A DNA stretch of 64,000 nt. Origin: Botryllus schlosseri. Lineage: Eukaryota. This document shows, piece after piece, positions 12,671 through 25,971 of the stretch. A program made the position numbers and the translations under genes. The notes below the pieces were generated by a model, which saw only the letters and a list, made by a program, of their open reading frames with translations, was not told the origin of the DNA and made no database searches. The DNA lies in the NCBI GenBank assembly GCA_051294905.1, contig CM119371.1, positions 23,686,001 through 23,750,000 on the forward strand. Direction: 5' to 3'. Every line of letters starts with the position of its first letter. Position 1 is the first letter of the stretch.

Positions 12671-14819
12671 GTAGGTAGGCTGCATTTGTATAATCAAAAT
12701 TCGTGGATGCGCGATGATGCGAAATGCAAAAACTACTCGACGTATTCGGGTCACATTGAATTATATGTCGCAAAATACTCTGACAATCATGGGAAACACA
12801 GCTCGACTTTGCCGAGACGCTTGTTGGCGTCACAGTCGAAAAGAGACTTTATTCGACTATTGTCTACGGGCGATACAATTGTTAGAAACAATGTAGATTC
12901 GGACATTGAAGGTTATTTTCGGGGGGTTCCAGTGGCCAGACCAAATTTTAATTTATATTTTCGAAATCAATGTGACAGTAGCTTTCGATTGAGACCGGTT
13001 AAACAAAATTTTGAGCTCGAGTTGCCAGCGCTAAGATTACCACCTACTGCTTTCGATTTCAGAAACAGCAGCACTGATTTTTTTCGGAAGAGCAAGCAGA
13101 TGCGTAAGAGCTGGAAAAATTGGTAAACTTCTTGACCGGAAAGTGAATTAAACTGTTCTACAAAAAGATTGTACCGCAGGTATGAGGCTGAATATTTCTA
13201 ATACTTCTGAGACTTATGGCTAGCAAAACATGATATACAATTGCAGTTTAAAGTTCATCCAACGCAGAAGCAACTTCCCACTTGGCAGACCGGACTGTCA
13301 CAATATCACACTGAGACGATCGCAAAAGTGGATTTACATACTTTCGTAGTATTCCCTCGGTATGTCTAGAATTTTTAAACGGACTGACTTTGATAATTAT
13401 ATTGATATCAAAAACTCAATCTCAAACCAAGTATCAATGTTTGATTCGTGGATGTGAAGCAATAACTGCAACTGCTGTACCCAGAATCCCTCAATAGGGT
13501 TCTTTAGAGTAATGAGGTATCTTCAGTAACTTGAGACTATATTTTCATGCTTTGCGGGGATAGTTATGTGCACTAGATTCATTTTAATATTCTGAAAACA
13601 ATGTGGGGGTCGAATATCCGCATTTTAGTTTCATGACCAAAAGTATTTAAGAACCCCTGTAGATACGATACCGCCATATTGTATATTTTGACTCGCGTCA
13701 AGTCAGGTTAATCGATTTTCGAAGGTGACTCGAGTCAAATCACTCGATTTTTGTATGTGACTCGAGTTGAGTCAAAATTCAAGTCAAGGTGCCTTTTCGT
13801 CGTATGAGGCATGATTATGTCATTGCATTTTGCTAGCTGTCTGAAACAGATTGAGCGGTAATTGACTCTGAGCCAATGAACGAATATAGAGTTAAATATA
13901 CGCGCAAGAAGACGCTGTATCGCTCACATATACGCAGAACTGTTAAACTGCGTAAGTAATTGCACAGCCTCAGTATATAGAACTTCTAGAACTGGTAACT
14001 TTACCAGCCAAAATAGAGAATAGAGAAATAAATTGATAAGATGCAATACATTACCCTTTCACAAACAGATATGATACACCATGCGTTAGTACAACGACGA
14101 AGCCGTTTCTGCTAGTGCGGAATAGTGTTGTTGCACACAGGCGAATAGCTTATTTTGAAAAAAAAACAATAATTTGAAACTGACATCAATTTCAGCATTC
14201 AACCGTCAGCCACGTGTTGCACATCTATCCGTAGATTAGTTATCAATACCTATATCTATAGCTACTGTTCGGTCAACTGGAAAGTTACACAGCACATTGC
14301 ATTGAAATAGCAGTGACGTAACGTTAGCAGTCTTCTCACAACTTTTCTGCAATCCTAGTTAAAACTCCAGACTCAAAGCAAGAGGCTTGGATGCATGATT
14401 ATGCATTTTTGTTTTACTTCTAATCCAATTCCTGGTTTTCCTGTAAAGGCGACTGTATGCCTATTGTGTGAAACAAGCCAAGCTTGCTGTACGGTACAGA
14501 CATTTGCTATTCTCATGTCCTTAATAAGAATGGACCATGATTAGGAACTTGATGCGATGTCCGAGTTTTCTCGAATTTAATCATTTTAATCTAATTTGTA
14601 TACAAACTGTAGCTATAATTCTAATTTAAATCTAATTTGCAGACAACTGCTGTGCAGCTATAATCCTTATTCTACTCTGATTCGGAAATATATCTAACTG
14701 TAATTCCAATCTAATCAGGAAAAGCTAAAATATTTCTAATTGTCCAAGTCTTTTTGTGAAGTCCCTGTCGGGTATGATCGTTGCACTTGAATAATTCTGT
14801 TTGTATATTATGATTTCAG

Positions 14820-14979
14820 ATAGCTGGATTCAGCTCAGTTGGAGGCGACGCAATTGGCCAATCTGTCAGATCCATCATGAAAAAGGTCGCTACTACCCGT
14901 GTGTGGAGCAGTTACAGCCGTGTTGGAAAATCTGGGAAGGAGGCTTTTAACAAGCTCGCGTTGTACAAGATCATATATA
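14820..14979 (+). CDS. Isolated 160-nt exon encoding a DUF4806/BEN-like segment (probably transposon-derived)
   Basis: TTTCAG acceptor, open frame IAGFSSVGGDAIGQSVRSIMKKVATTRVWSSYSRVGKSGKEAFNKLALYKIIY, then GTGAGC donor. It resembles the GG...VRxxM...WSxYSxxGxxGKxxF pattern of DUF4806. Confidence 0.5.
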
Positions 14980-17900
14980 GTGAGCAACATTTACGTTTAC
15001 CTTCGAACCTATCTATATGTGTTCAGTAGCCTACCTTACACCCCATGTAAATGTTGAGCTAGCTCAGTGGTTCTCGAACTTTTTTGACAAGCTACCTTGA
15101 CAATAGCTAAAATTTTCGCCACCTCCCCTTTATCGTCATATCAAAAATATTAAAACGAGCAGCCAGAATATTAGCGACCCCCACACATTGTTTGGCGGCA
15201 TGCAGGGTATTCTGGCTACACTATGTTACCAGCCTGAACTATCGCGTCTCCAGCAGGACTGTCGTGTGTGCGCAGCGTGTGCGAATGTTAGCCTGACCGC
15301 GGACTTTAGGCTGTTGATGACTAAAATATCAGTTCCGACATGTTGGCGTAGCCAGGAGCCATCTTTGTATATGACCATAAAGTAGAATATCTCGTAAAGG
15401 ATTTATTTGTCTTGATATTTTTTTAGCGCTGCGCTCGATTTATTGCCAATCGATTTCTTGCTTTTAGTATTGGTGTCTCCTCCTGAAACGTCTTATTTAC
15501 GGAATTGATATTAGCTATATTGGCAAATATGCGAGAACGTGTCGTCCGACATACGACTTCGCGTCTGCACTCGCGAAAAGATCGTCGGCGATGAAACCTT
15601 TGCACAAAGTGATAGACGCACTTTCACTGAACTCTTCGATATTGATACGTCCAAGCGTTGATTAATCATGTCCTGGCCAAATGAGCCCAGCAGTTTACAG
15701 CGTCGACCCACAATATATGCAACTAACAATGTTTTATTGACCTAATTCTTTCATTAACTTTAATAATATTTTCGCGCTTTGCGTGACTAGGACATGTTTT
15801 CATGACATAATTGTTAACGATTTTGATGTGTGGTAATATGAGTCCTTTTTTACCGTTACCTATAATCCGGTTCGTTCCTATCGAACGACTAAAAAAGCAC
15901 ATCAACATTCAAGTGGCCCACGCAATGGTTTGGAAATCTCATGTGGCCCGTTGGCCGAAAAGGTTGGCCACCCCTGATGTACGGTATCAATAAATTTTTG
16001 TCAATCATTATTCAATCGATTAACCAATTCAGTGTCATGGTTCAGTTATTCAAATGTAATACGATGTAATGTTATTCAACAGAATGTTATGTAATTTAAC
16101 ATTGCAAGTCTATTATGGTTAGTGCAGGGGTGGCCAATCGTTTTCAAAAGTCTATTATGGTTTGTGCAGGGGTGGCCAACCTTTTCAAATTTTTTCAAAG
16201 TTCACGAAACAATTAGGTCAATGAAATAATGTTAGTTGCATATATTGTGGGCCGTCGCTGTATACCGCTGGGCTTATTTGACCAGGACATGATTAATCAA
16301 CGCTTGGACATATCAATATCGAAGAGTTCAGTGAAAGCGCGTCTATCACTTTGTGCAAAGGTTTCATCGCCGACGATTTCTTCGCGAGTGCAGGCGCGAA
16401 GTCGGATGTCGGACGACACGTTCTCGCATTCCATTTTGCTGGGTAAAAGACGGATTAATCGGTCATTTATCTTCAATCAAATAATATAAAGTTAAATATA
16501 AATGCAAAAGGCGTTTTATCACTCACACGTAGAACTGCTAATAGCATATGTGAGTAACTTTATAGCTACACGCTACGTTCTATTATCAGCCGAAATAGAG
16601 GATCGAATACGAAGCCTCGAGAAGTTGCAATAAATTGATAAGGGACAATATACTACCCTTCCGTGAGAATAGGGACGCATAGACAATATTCGTTCGATTT
16701 AAATTATACAGGAGAGTTGGTAAAAGATAGCACCGCGCAATTTAACCATTGTGCTGTCTGAGAAACAAATATACCTTGCTAACCGAATAAACTACTACTA
16801 CGACGACAACGCAAGCATAAGCTGTGACCGTTTCGTTTGCGGTCAATTAAATTATGATGTAACAACAGGATCAGTGAAAGGTGCGATCAGTGAATGGCTG
16901 TTTGCTCTCACAAGTGATACCGGCATATCGCAAAAAATCCCAACGTACATAAGATATAGGGTGATTTAATTGACACCGTTTACTTGATTACTTGAAATTG
17001 ACTCGTGAATTTTACTCCGAGTCACGAGTCAATCCATATATCTCGAGCGCCGAGTCGAGTCAAGTCATTTTTGCAAAGTGACTCGAGTCATCCCAACACT
17101 GCGTAGTACTAAGAGCTATCTAAACAGGATCGAGCATGTCTTTAACATTCAATGTTGTTGTTTCTCTGTAGGGTTCTATGGGGAAAAAGGCAGAAAGCAG
17201 CGTCTTATCCTCGTCATCAGAAGATGAAGGAGACACAAAATCAGTTGGCTTGATTATTTTTTCATTCGCTTCTTTGACATCGTTTCGTTCTGAATTATTT
17301 TCTTTGAGTTTCGTTGACACTGTTTTCTGTATGAATTATAAGTTCATCAAAGGCAATGTGTACTGTGATACGTGTATGTGTCCGCAGCCACCCTCAGGTA
17401 TGCCTAAATATGGGAATACAGGGATGTTAGTATCTCAGGATGTTTTTCTGACCATCGATTGTACGTTCTCAAGCATTGTAGATACACAGTTTTATCTACG
17501 TTTTATTAACGATCCCGATTTGCGTGAAGAACGCGTTAAAACGCGTCGACACAAAAACCGACTTAAAACTATCCTGCTAGTCTTTAATATGAACCAAATA
17601 AAAACGTTTTTTTAACCTCAATGGGCTGTTTCGTGTTTGCTGGGGGGGTCCCGGAGAAGAATATTAAATCCCAATGGCTATTACAAGAACGCCAATTACG
17701 CGGATGCTATAGGCGTCTAATTTCTGAATATTTTGGATCATTTTTCAAAAAAGAAGAAAGCACGACCCCTGAGGAATGCGCACCGGTACAAACACGGTAT
17801 CGGATCAGTTGAAAATCATCTGAAGTCGCCACTTATTATAACTTAAGGGTATATCGGGGGAATAATAAAAATCACTAAGAGATTAATTTTTTTCATCCGG

Positions 17901-18124
17901 ACAAACTACAAGTGGCCAGTAGTGCTATGTGTTAACAACTGTATAATACATACACACACGCTCGGCGCGGTCGTATAACGTATAGATCGATAACTGTGTT
18001 TGGCGTGACACAGAGTACCATTTTAATTGACATCTATATGCTTGATTTAGCTGTATATTCTCTTTTTGCTCTTATTCTGTCTTATTCTGTCTATATTCAC
18101 TATGTATTTCATAGACTTCTAGAC

Positions 18125-18920
18125 CAGTGTTTCGCAACGTTTTTGTCTCCGCGGACCCCCTTCCGGCCCTCACCGACCCCTGCGGACCAAAAAATCTTTT
18201 GTTCCAATTTAGTCCAATTATCGTGAAACAGTGCAACAGTCACCTTTTTCCTACAAATAATTCCTGTAGGCTAGTTATAAACGGCAATAAAATGACTTTT
18301 CTTGATAATAAAATCATACTATTTATGTAGAAATTGGGTGGACTTAGATTATTTCAAAGCGCATTTCTGCATTTCTTTATTACGTGATCGTGTATTCAAA
18401 TCCCGCGCCTTCGATTTGATACGAATGAGTACCGAAAATCCATTTCCGTGAAGATAGGTGGTGGCGAATGTAGTAATTAAGGGCAATGCTTCCAATGACT
18501 CCATTGCGCATGATTGAAACGGTGCCAAAATAGGGCAAGAGATTTCTTAATGAACATACAACGTCAAGCCTAGTCATTTCTATCTAGTAGCTCAGCTTGA
18601 AGTTATTCTGGAATAGGGCTTATGTATATCACATGAGAAAATGGGATTTTGAAAACAGTTCGAATCAACCCCAACAAACATCTATAAACAGCAATATATT
18701 TGTGTCAGAAAGCTATAGTAAATTAACATGAGTTTGCACAGTCATTTCATCCGAGACGGCGATTCTGTTTATGTGAGTCATCAAGTTTTAGCTGTAATGA
18801 AGCACAAACTGCCTCGTGATTCTCCTGATATAAATATATATATAAAGTAGGTTATCAACTGTTTGAACATTTCGCGGACCCACTGGAAATGATTCACGGA
18901 CCCCCCGTTGTACACTACTT
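18125..18920. mobile_element. hAT-type MITE with GCGGACCCC subterminal motifs
   Basis: Degenerate CAGTG termini with a perfect TSD TTCTAGAC (18117-18124, 18921-18928). Confidence 0.7.
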
Positions 18921-19299
18921 TTCTAGACGAACAGCCTAGGTTATTTACTGCAATATAGGATTATGCTATCTGGCAGTAGACTACCCCATCGAAGCAGACG
19001 ACACGATTTTCTGTATACCTGCGTTGCGAAAATCAAGGATTGGGGTCAACATGAAAATATACTGGTAATCATGGAGACTCGCGCTTCAGTTTATTCCACA
19101 TGATAGACTCGTTGGGTTCCAATTTAAATCATGTACGGCGTTTGACGTAAATGTACAACAACCGAGTAAAAGAGTCTTTCGCTACTATGTCCTTACCTGA
19201 TAGTCGTTAGATCACCATTTATTTGTCCCGTGTTGAAATGATGACTGTTTTGGTTGATTGATGATAATGAACATCAGCAATGATATTATCAGTTAGTTC

Positions 19300-19960
19300 G
19301 TCCAGGAACTGTTTCTATGTAAACAGCGAAAGTGTCGAAGTCAGATTTTCATTAGCATGTTTACATAACGCTTTTGATATCTGCGTTACACTCCCAAATT
19401 TTACTAACGCATACATGGGCGAGAGATTATAGTCATTCGAGATTCGAATTGATTTCGAAAGTTCTTTGAGCAAATAGCTAATAATGGATTGAATGGATAT
19501 ACCCTTCAAACAGTCAAACCCGATTCACCGTGTGTGCATAAACTTAATTACTCACTGAAGCCTAGGATAGGCGTAGCATAACGATTTCTCGGTGCCTTTA
19601 CTGTGAAGCATTGAATGAATTGTTTTCATAGATCTGTCAACGGCAACACATAAATATGTGGGTCTCATTTGGTCTGCCATGCCATTTCTACGGTTAGGCA
19701 AAATGTTCGATTCCGATTGTAGTATAAAGCGTTGAATCGAGTGGAGTTTTCGTGTCTCACCCATTACGACATCATTGACATTGGTGATATTTGACAAAGT
19801 AAAAGTTTTTCCTTATAGTCGACTACAATTAAGATATGTTCAGTTCGGCCTAATCAGGAATAACTTTGTATAATTCTTCCATCCCAATCGATTTGTAGTT
19901 TTGTTTAGAACGCCACTTAGGTAATCGAGTCAGTCCGAACATTATTGGCGTATTTGTAAA
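19300..19960 (-). pseudogene. Possible decayed hATm-like transposase remnant
   Basis: Minus-strand pieces LQIDWDGRII and RTEHILIVVDYKEKLL resemble the HWDGK / xRLxILV...EKLL motifs. Many stops and frameshifts. Confidence 0.3.
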
Positions 19961-20359
19961 ATGTCTTTTCATGCATCTCGGTTCATGATGTTCGTTTCTG
20001 GTTGGGGGTGAAGGTAATGAACTGTACATAATTGACTGTCATTTGACCTTTCAGCAGCGCTAAATTATGATGAACATGGGTTCGTCTTTTCATTCATATT
20101 TGCAGTTGTTACAGATCATTCAAAGGACATGGCAGGTCGGATAATACCTGCATCATTATATAAATATATCTGAAAACATCCCACCTATCCACCTATCAAG
20201 TCGGCAGCTACGGAATAAAAATGCTGAAAATTGGCCTGGTGTACATGACGAATTCCACAGTACTAGAAAAAAATCTATAAATACTCTGGACGCACCAGAC
20301 TTGCCGAAGCAGCCAGACGCAAAAGACGCGTCGCGCTTCTTATTGAGAATATAGTAGAA

Positions 20360-22355
20360 CAGTGATTCCCAACCGCGGCCCTGAGGGCCGCATGCGGCCC
20401 CCAGCTTGCCTTCTTGCGGCCCCCAGAAAAATATTGAGAAATCGACTTTTGCTTGGCTTGGAGTCTGGAGTTTTCAATTAGGATTGCAGGAAAGTTGTGA
20501 GTAGACTGCTAAGATTACGTCACTGCTGTTTCAATGTAATGTGCGCTAACTTTCCTGTTGAACGACCAGTACCTACAGTTATAGATATAGGTATTGACAG
20601 GACCGTAACTGCCGCACCTCAAGCCCCCCAATTGGAGGGAGCGAGCTCAAAGGGGGCCCAAAATTATTTAGTGAATTAGCATAAATTATAGAGTATGTTA
20701 TGAAATTTTATTAAAAATTTTTTCGCGCTGCGCGCGATTTCAAATCTCAAAATACCTTAATTATTGGGTACTCTTCCATCAAGATAAAATACGCAACATC
20801 TATACAAGTGGGCATATCGGCGTTGGCCATGACCTCGCCACGACGCACGAAGACATATAAAGTTTCAGGCCATGTAACATGCGACTCCAAGAAGTGTGCC
20901 AGAACGATCGGCAGCGAGGAAACCTTGGCCGTAAAGGACTGCCCTTACGCTGACCGAAAATTTCGTTATGTATATACAAAATACATATAGGAAGCCTATA
21001 ATTGACCATAGGCGCCTAAATGACTCGCGCCGAATGTTCCTGTCTTGGCAATCTGAACCTCACGAGACAAATAGGCTACCATCCCACAGGGAATAATTAT
21101 ATGCCAGTGAAGAACTACCAATTTGAAATCGTGTGCATCTTTTAGTTTAGTACGTTTGGGCGATTCTATATTTTTTGATATAGCAGACTGGAGGTCACGA
21201 AATAACATCATGTAACGAAATCGTACCAACGTGTCCGCCCGTCCGAATATGTTTAATTATTATTCACGGGCGCTACAGTTTCCAAAACACTTCACTCAGC
21301 TCTACCGGTAAATCTGATTACGTGAGCAGAGAGGACAAGTAATTGATAGATATATTTATGCAATTCCCGATCTTAGTGACCTATTTTATTTTGAATTATC
21401 GAAAATTTTCGCACTCCACGCTGGCTCACTAAACGGTGATCCTGATTTCGTGGCAGAAGCGAGCAACGGGACTGGGGGTTGGTTTATCACCCTATGTGAG
21501 CTCAAGACCTAATTGTTTTGGGGGGCCTGACGAAGTGCTGTTTCGTTCCTGCCAAAGGGTATACGCTCGAAGATGTTTAATTATTATTGAGTGGTCTTAC
21601 CTTTTCAAACACAACTCACTCGGCTCAACCGGTCAATCTGATTACGTGAGCAGAGAGAGGATAAAAATTGATACCATATATATGCAACTGCCGATTATAT
21701 TGACCGATTCAATCATGAATTATCAAAAATTTATCGCGCTTCGCGCGATCAGTCGAGAGATGCTGCCTAAAACGGACACCCGATTTAGATGATAAATAGC
21801 GGTAAACAGCCATCTAGCCTGAGGGGGGTCTGGGGGGCTTCGAAGTTAGGTTTATCACCCTATCATGGGGGGGCCCAAGAGCAACGTTTGGGGGGGGCTG
21901 ACGAAGTGCTGTTACGGCCCTGGGTATTGATAACTAATTTACGGATAGATGTGCAACAAGTGACTCACGATTGAATACGCCGAGATGCGGACTGCTTAGC
22001 CGGCAAAAAGCAGCATAATTGGTAGTCCTATAGCTCGCGACCCAAGCGTTCGAATAATTTGATATGTCGGTGTTTATCGAAAGCAAATGTCGCACTGATT
22101 CCAAAAATACGAATTGAAATCTCGCCAGGGCATTAAAACCACTCCGAAATAGTCAGCAAAGGTTAATTGTTCTGAACAACGGGAGCGCGGCAACACAAAG
22201 GCCAATGGCGTCAAGCGAATGATCGGAACAATGCCAATTTTCATATTTTGGTGACTATTTTGGGTTCCTTTCAATGCCCTGGTATTCGTGCGGCCCCGAC
22301 CGTACTCTGAAATTCTAAATTTGGCCCTGCCACCGAAAAAGGTTGGGAACCACTG
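20360..22355. mobile_element. hAT-type element (CAGTGATTCCCAA termini), copy 1
   Basis: TIR CAGTGATTCCCAA / TTGGGAACCACTG with TSD TAGTAGAA (20352-20359, 22356-22363). Confidence 0.85.
20598..21922. mobile_element. Nested hAT-type element (CAGG(A/G)CCGTAAC termini)
   Basis: CAGGACCGTAAC / GTTACGGCCCTG with TSD GGTATTGA (20590-20597, 21923-21930). Confidence 0.85.
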
Positions 22356-22493
22356 TAGTAGAAGAAACAGAAGTCAATAACCAGCGACCATACATACCAA
22401 AACGACTGCTTACTACTGCAGAATACTGCATGTAAGTACTTTACCAGTGATGGTATGCCGTCTGGTATGTATCTTCACATCCTGCCTCTAGTG

Positions 22494-23323
22494 CAGGGCG
22501 AGCAACATACGGCCCGCGGGCCGGATCCGGCCCGCAGACAGTTTTCCGTCTTACATGATAATGTGGCCCGCGGCCCCAGTCTTCCAGGATTCCCTACTAC
22601 ATGTTTAAATACATCGGATTTTAGTCACCATATTTTATTATACACATGTATGCGCAGCGAGCGAGGGTGGAGCTAACGCGTAAGTTCGTCGAAGCGAGAA
22701 GATTTGCATTATCGGCATTTACGATGTACTTAACCCAAATGTCATTTGTGGTAATCATGGTGTTTGTCGACTACAATGGTCAGGTCATTTACATCACGCC
22801 GACATTTCTTATTATTGATTCCGTAACCGTCGAGTTGTAACACGGCCCACTTCTAACCTTTTGCAAGACACCGCTTATGCCAGTGGTCGCCAACTGAAAA
22901 CGGGCCGCGGGCCGCATGAATTTAATATCGAGGTAAAATAGGCCCCACAGTTGAACAATCTCGCTATCTCGTCTTCAACTAAACTCTAATGAATTGATAT
23001 TTGGTAAATTTGGGGTATCGGGCTTATCGAACGCCTTGAAATCTTCATTGTGGATTGCACAGTGTGTTGATTCATCAGAGAGAAGCAGACATGGTGGTGC
23101 CTGTATGACAATGCTGTTCTCAAATCCACATTGTCTTCGTCATTATTGGCGAGAAATGGCTTTAAAACTACATTGCTGTCGTTAAATTACACTCATTAAA
23201 TACGAATTATTCCTTGTTTATGTGGATAAATGGGCGGATAATGTATCAATTCAGCAATCCGGCCCGCCAAGTACTTAATTTTCCTATATCCAGCCTGCCG
23301 ACTGGAGAAGTTGGCCGCCCCTG
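22494..23323. mobile_element. hAT (Charlie/Buster-like) MITE with GGCCCGCGGGCC subterminal palindromes
   Basis: CAGGG...CCCCTG termini with TSD CTCTAGTG (22486-22493, 23324-23331). Its 3' part recurs at ~8400-8616. Confidence 0.8.
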
Positions 23324-24030
23324 CTCTAGTGTAAAGTCACCTTCCAATATCACATATTTCTTCTTACAACTATTATACAGCCAGAAACAACTAAAAGTGC
23401 TTTTATTCAGCAACTATTTCATATATTCTTATCCGCCAGCTATTAAATCCATAGAGGCACACTTTCGACTGAGCTCTGACGACAGGCACGGGAAATTCCT
23501 CTGGGCTAACTTTCCGTACAGAAGCAAAAGAGCCGTGAAGTTGACCCGACGATAACCATAGCGGTCTGAAAATAAACTCAGTAAACTAAGCGAGAAATAG
23601 TACGATGGAAACCTGCGCGGCAACAATCGCGTCCGGGAAACATGCATGAGTGAATCCGCGTTTTGAGAAAATACGTAATGATGTTCAGGTATCATTAGAA
23701 AGAAGCACTTTGACCAGCACATCTTACTGAGTGGACGATAACATTGAAAAGTAGATATTTAGTTAACACAAACCAGTATCGTCATCATACCCGATCGAGT
23801 TAGCAAGCAGATCTAATGTTATATGACAAGATTCGTTCAGAACTCATTAGCAAGGATAGTCTGCTCTGTAAGATCGTGACTATTTCAAAATCACAACTAT
23901 TTTCTGTCGCCATATAAATTTTACTGGTGTCAACACAAATTTGTCAATACGACAGCTAACTATATATAATAGGATAATTGCTGATTTAATAATCGGATTT
24001 TACAATCCGAGAAAATCTCAAATTGTATCA

Positions 24031-24091
24031 ATGGCAGAAGGAGGTCACGACCCGACTAGTCGCGGCTTATCATCGAATCCTAGCATCGCAA
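24031..24091 (+). CDS. Candidate first coding exon of a host gene (MAEGGHDPTSRGLSSNPSIA)
   Basis: TCAATGG start context, 20 codons plus 1 nt, then a GTGAGT donor at 24092. Lies in non-repetitive sequence. Confidence 0.55.
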
Positions 24092-24592
24092 GTGAGTGCT
24101 TTTTTTCACATTATGATCGTAAATGGAAAGATTAGTCGTTACCTAATGCTCACATAGCGGTCGCTTTTCAATGAATAGCCCACATCTTTCCTATATTTGA
24201 AAATTACTGGACGGATGGCGCTGTGACGATAATAGGCATAGTCCTGATCTGTACTGATGACTTAGCCTCGACGGGAGGCAATTCCGATGCTTCATGTTCA
24301 GAAAATAACCCATATTCGTTAATTACCAGTTTCCATTACACATAGTTAACCATCATGAAGCTCCTGAATTGAAAAAAATCCTACGCATTAACGAATACCC
24401 GCGTTGCTAGGAATTTCCTTATGCTGCGTAATACTTCGTATTTATAATTTTATAACTTATTCCTGCTGTCGAGCCTACCGAAATTGTTTTCAAAAGATAA
24501 TCACATCCTCGTACGCATGTATATCTGGAATCAAGTGGTATTTGTTATGTATTACAATATTTATTAAAATCAGATGATCCATTTTCATGCAG

Positions 24593-24682
24593 TTTTGGCG
24601 AAAGGAGATCACGTCACTCAACATTTTGAAAATGCTACCGTGAACGCTGTTGCAGGAGACCAGTACAACCCGGTGATCAACG
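24593..24682 (+). CDS. Candidate second exon (90 nt, phase 1-1): ILAKGDHVTQHFENATVNAVAGDQYNPVING
   Basis: TTTTCATGCAG acceptor and GTAAGC donor. Splices in frame to the 24031 exon with no stops. Confidence 0.55.
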
Positions 24683-25971
24683 GTAAGCAGAGGTGATCAG
24701 TAAAATGTACTTGTACTGTTTCGGAGTACGCAAGTGGGGTGTGCCTATGAGTGAACTACTTACTCAACTTTACCAATCAGAGTACTTTCCAATCTTTAAT
24801 TCTCCACTTCGACTTCAAGTAGATCTGAAAAGTCTAGTAAATCCTCACTTATACTCGTAATTAAGGGGAAATTTTTACAACAATAATTGTGCTTCCACTT
24901 GAACACTTACATGGGCTTCTTTGACATTATCTGATGCTGATACTAAGTTATACTGTACAAAGGTGCAATTAGCGCGATATTGACGAATCAATAAAGCAAG
25001 ACATTTGCGCCACGCGAACATGGCCATGGAGACGGGGTGTAGAGATGTTTTGCACGATTAAGGAAAATTTAACATATTATTGCTTTCAGTACCATATCAA
25101 TTGAACAATAATTTCTTTATTCCGAAGACTTATCGTATGCACCTTGTTTACATTAAGCATATGTCCTCCTTTAGGAGGATTTTGTCCTCCATTTTCTGGA
25201 AATCAAAAATTTTATCCGAAAACGCCAAAATATCCTCCTCTTGGCAATCAATACTCATTTAAAGCTTCGACAGTCATGGTAATGGGCATAAATAACGCGA
25301 AGTCTGCAATTCGGAAGTTCGCGCAGGCCATTCAGGAGTGGGACTGGAATTATCATCCTTTTTCAATCAACACAACATAAGTATAGGTAAAAAGTATATA
25401 AATCGAGAGTCGAGTCAGAAAGACGACTTTATTTTAGTCAACACAACAAGAAATTATAGTACAAATCTTAGAATCAGCAGTTTTCTAGTCCGGTAATCGG
25501 TCTTTTATGATTTGTAATATATGTCCTCCTTTCCGGATTCCAAAATATGGTCGCCCTGCCTTATTAATATAGCAAAGTATGAAGTGGCAATGTTATTAGT
25601 TGTGACAAGAGCCGTAAACAAATTTATCTGTACTGTTAACCATTTGCTCGTCATATTAAAGACAATGCGAGTGAATCAAATTATACACGGCACAGAACAC
25701 TCTGGAAAGGCGCTGACCCTTTTTTAGTGAAGACCTTATTAGGTATAGGCTCTAATTAGATACGTTGAAGGAGCTGATCTTTATTGCAAACACACCTTAC
25801 GAAATTTAGAGTTGGATCATGGATCATTTTCAAATCGACAACGAGTCACGAGCAATGTTTCCTCTAATTTTTGACGAGTCAGCGCACACTCACCAACTCA
25901 ATGCGCAGACCCTTGGACAACAGTGCGTAACAACTAAAAAGAGGTCATCGTTTCGGATTTTTTGTGCGCAA

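Noticed and set aside
12503..13126. 207-aa ORF as an intact gene
   Set aside because: It crosses apparent splice sites and runs into repeat-terminal sequence (CTTTCGATTGAGACC). Only a short THAP-like piece is credible.
10446..13659. Single hAT element bounded by CAGGGG...CCCCTG
   Set aside because: Termini are only loosely complementary and no matching TSD was found.
17120..17812. Overlapping acidic/Ser-rich ORFs as a gene
   Set aside because: No recognisable domain, the coding strand is ambiguous, and low complexity can explain the open frames.
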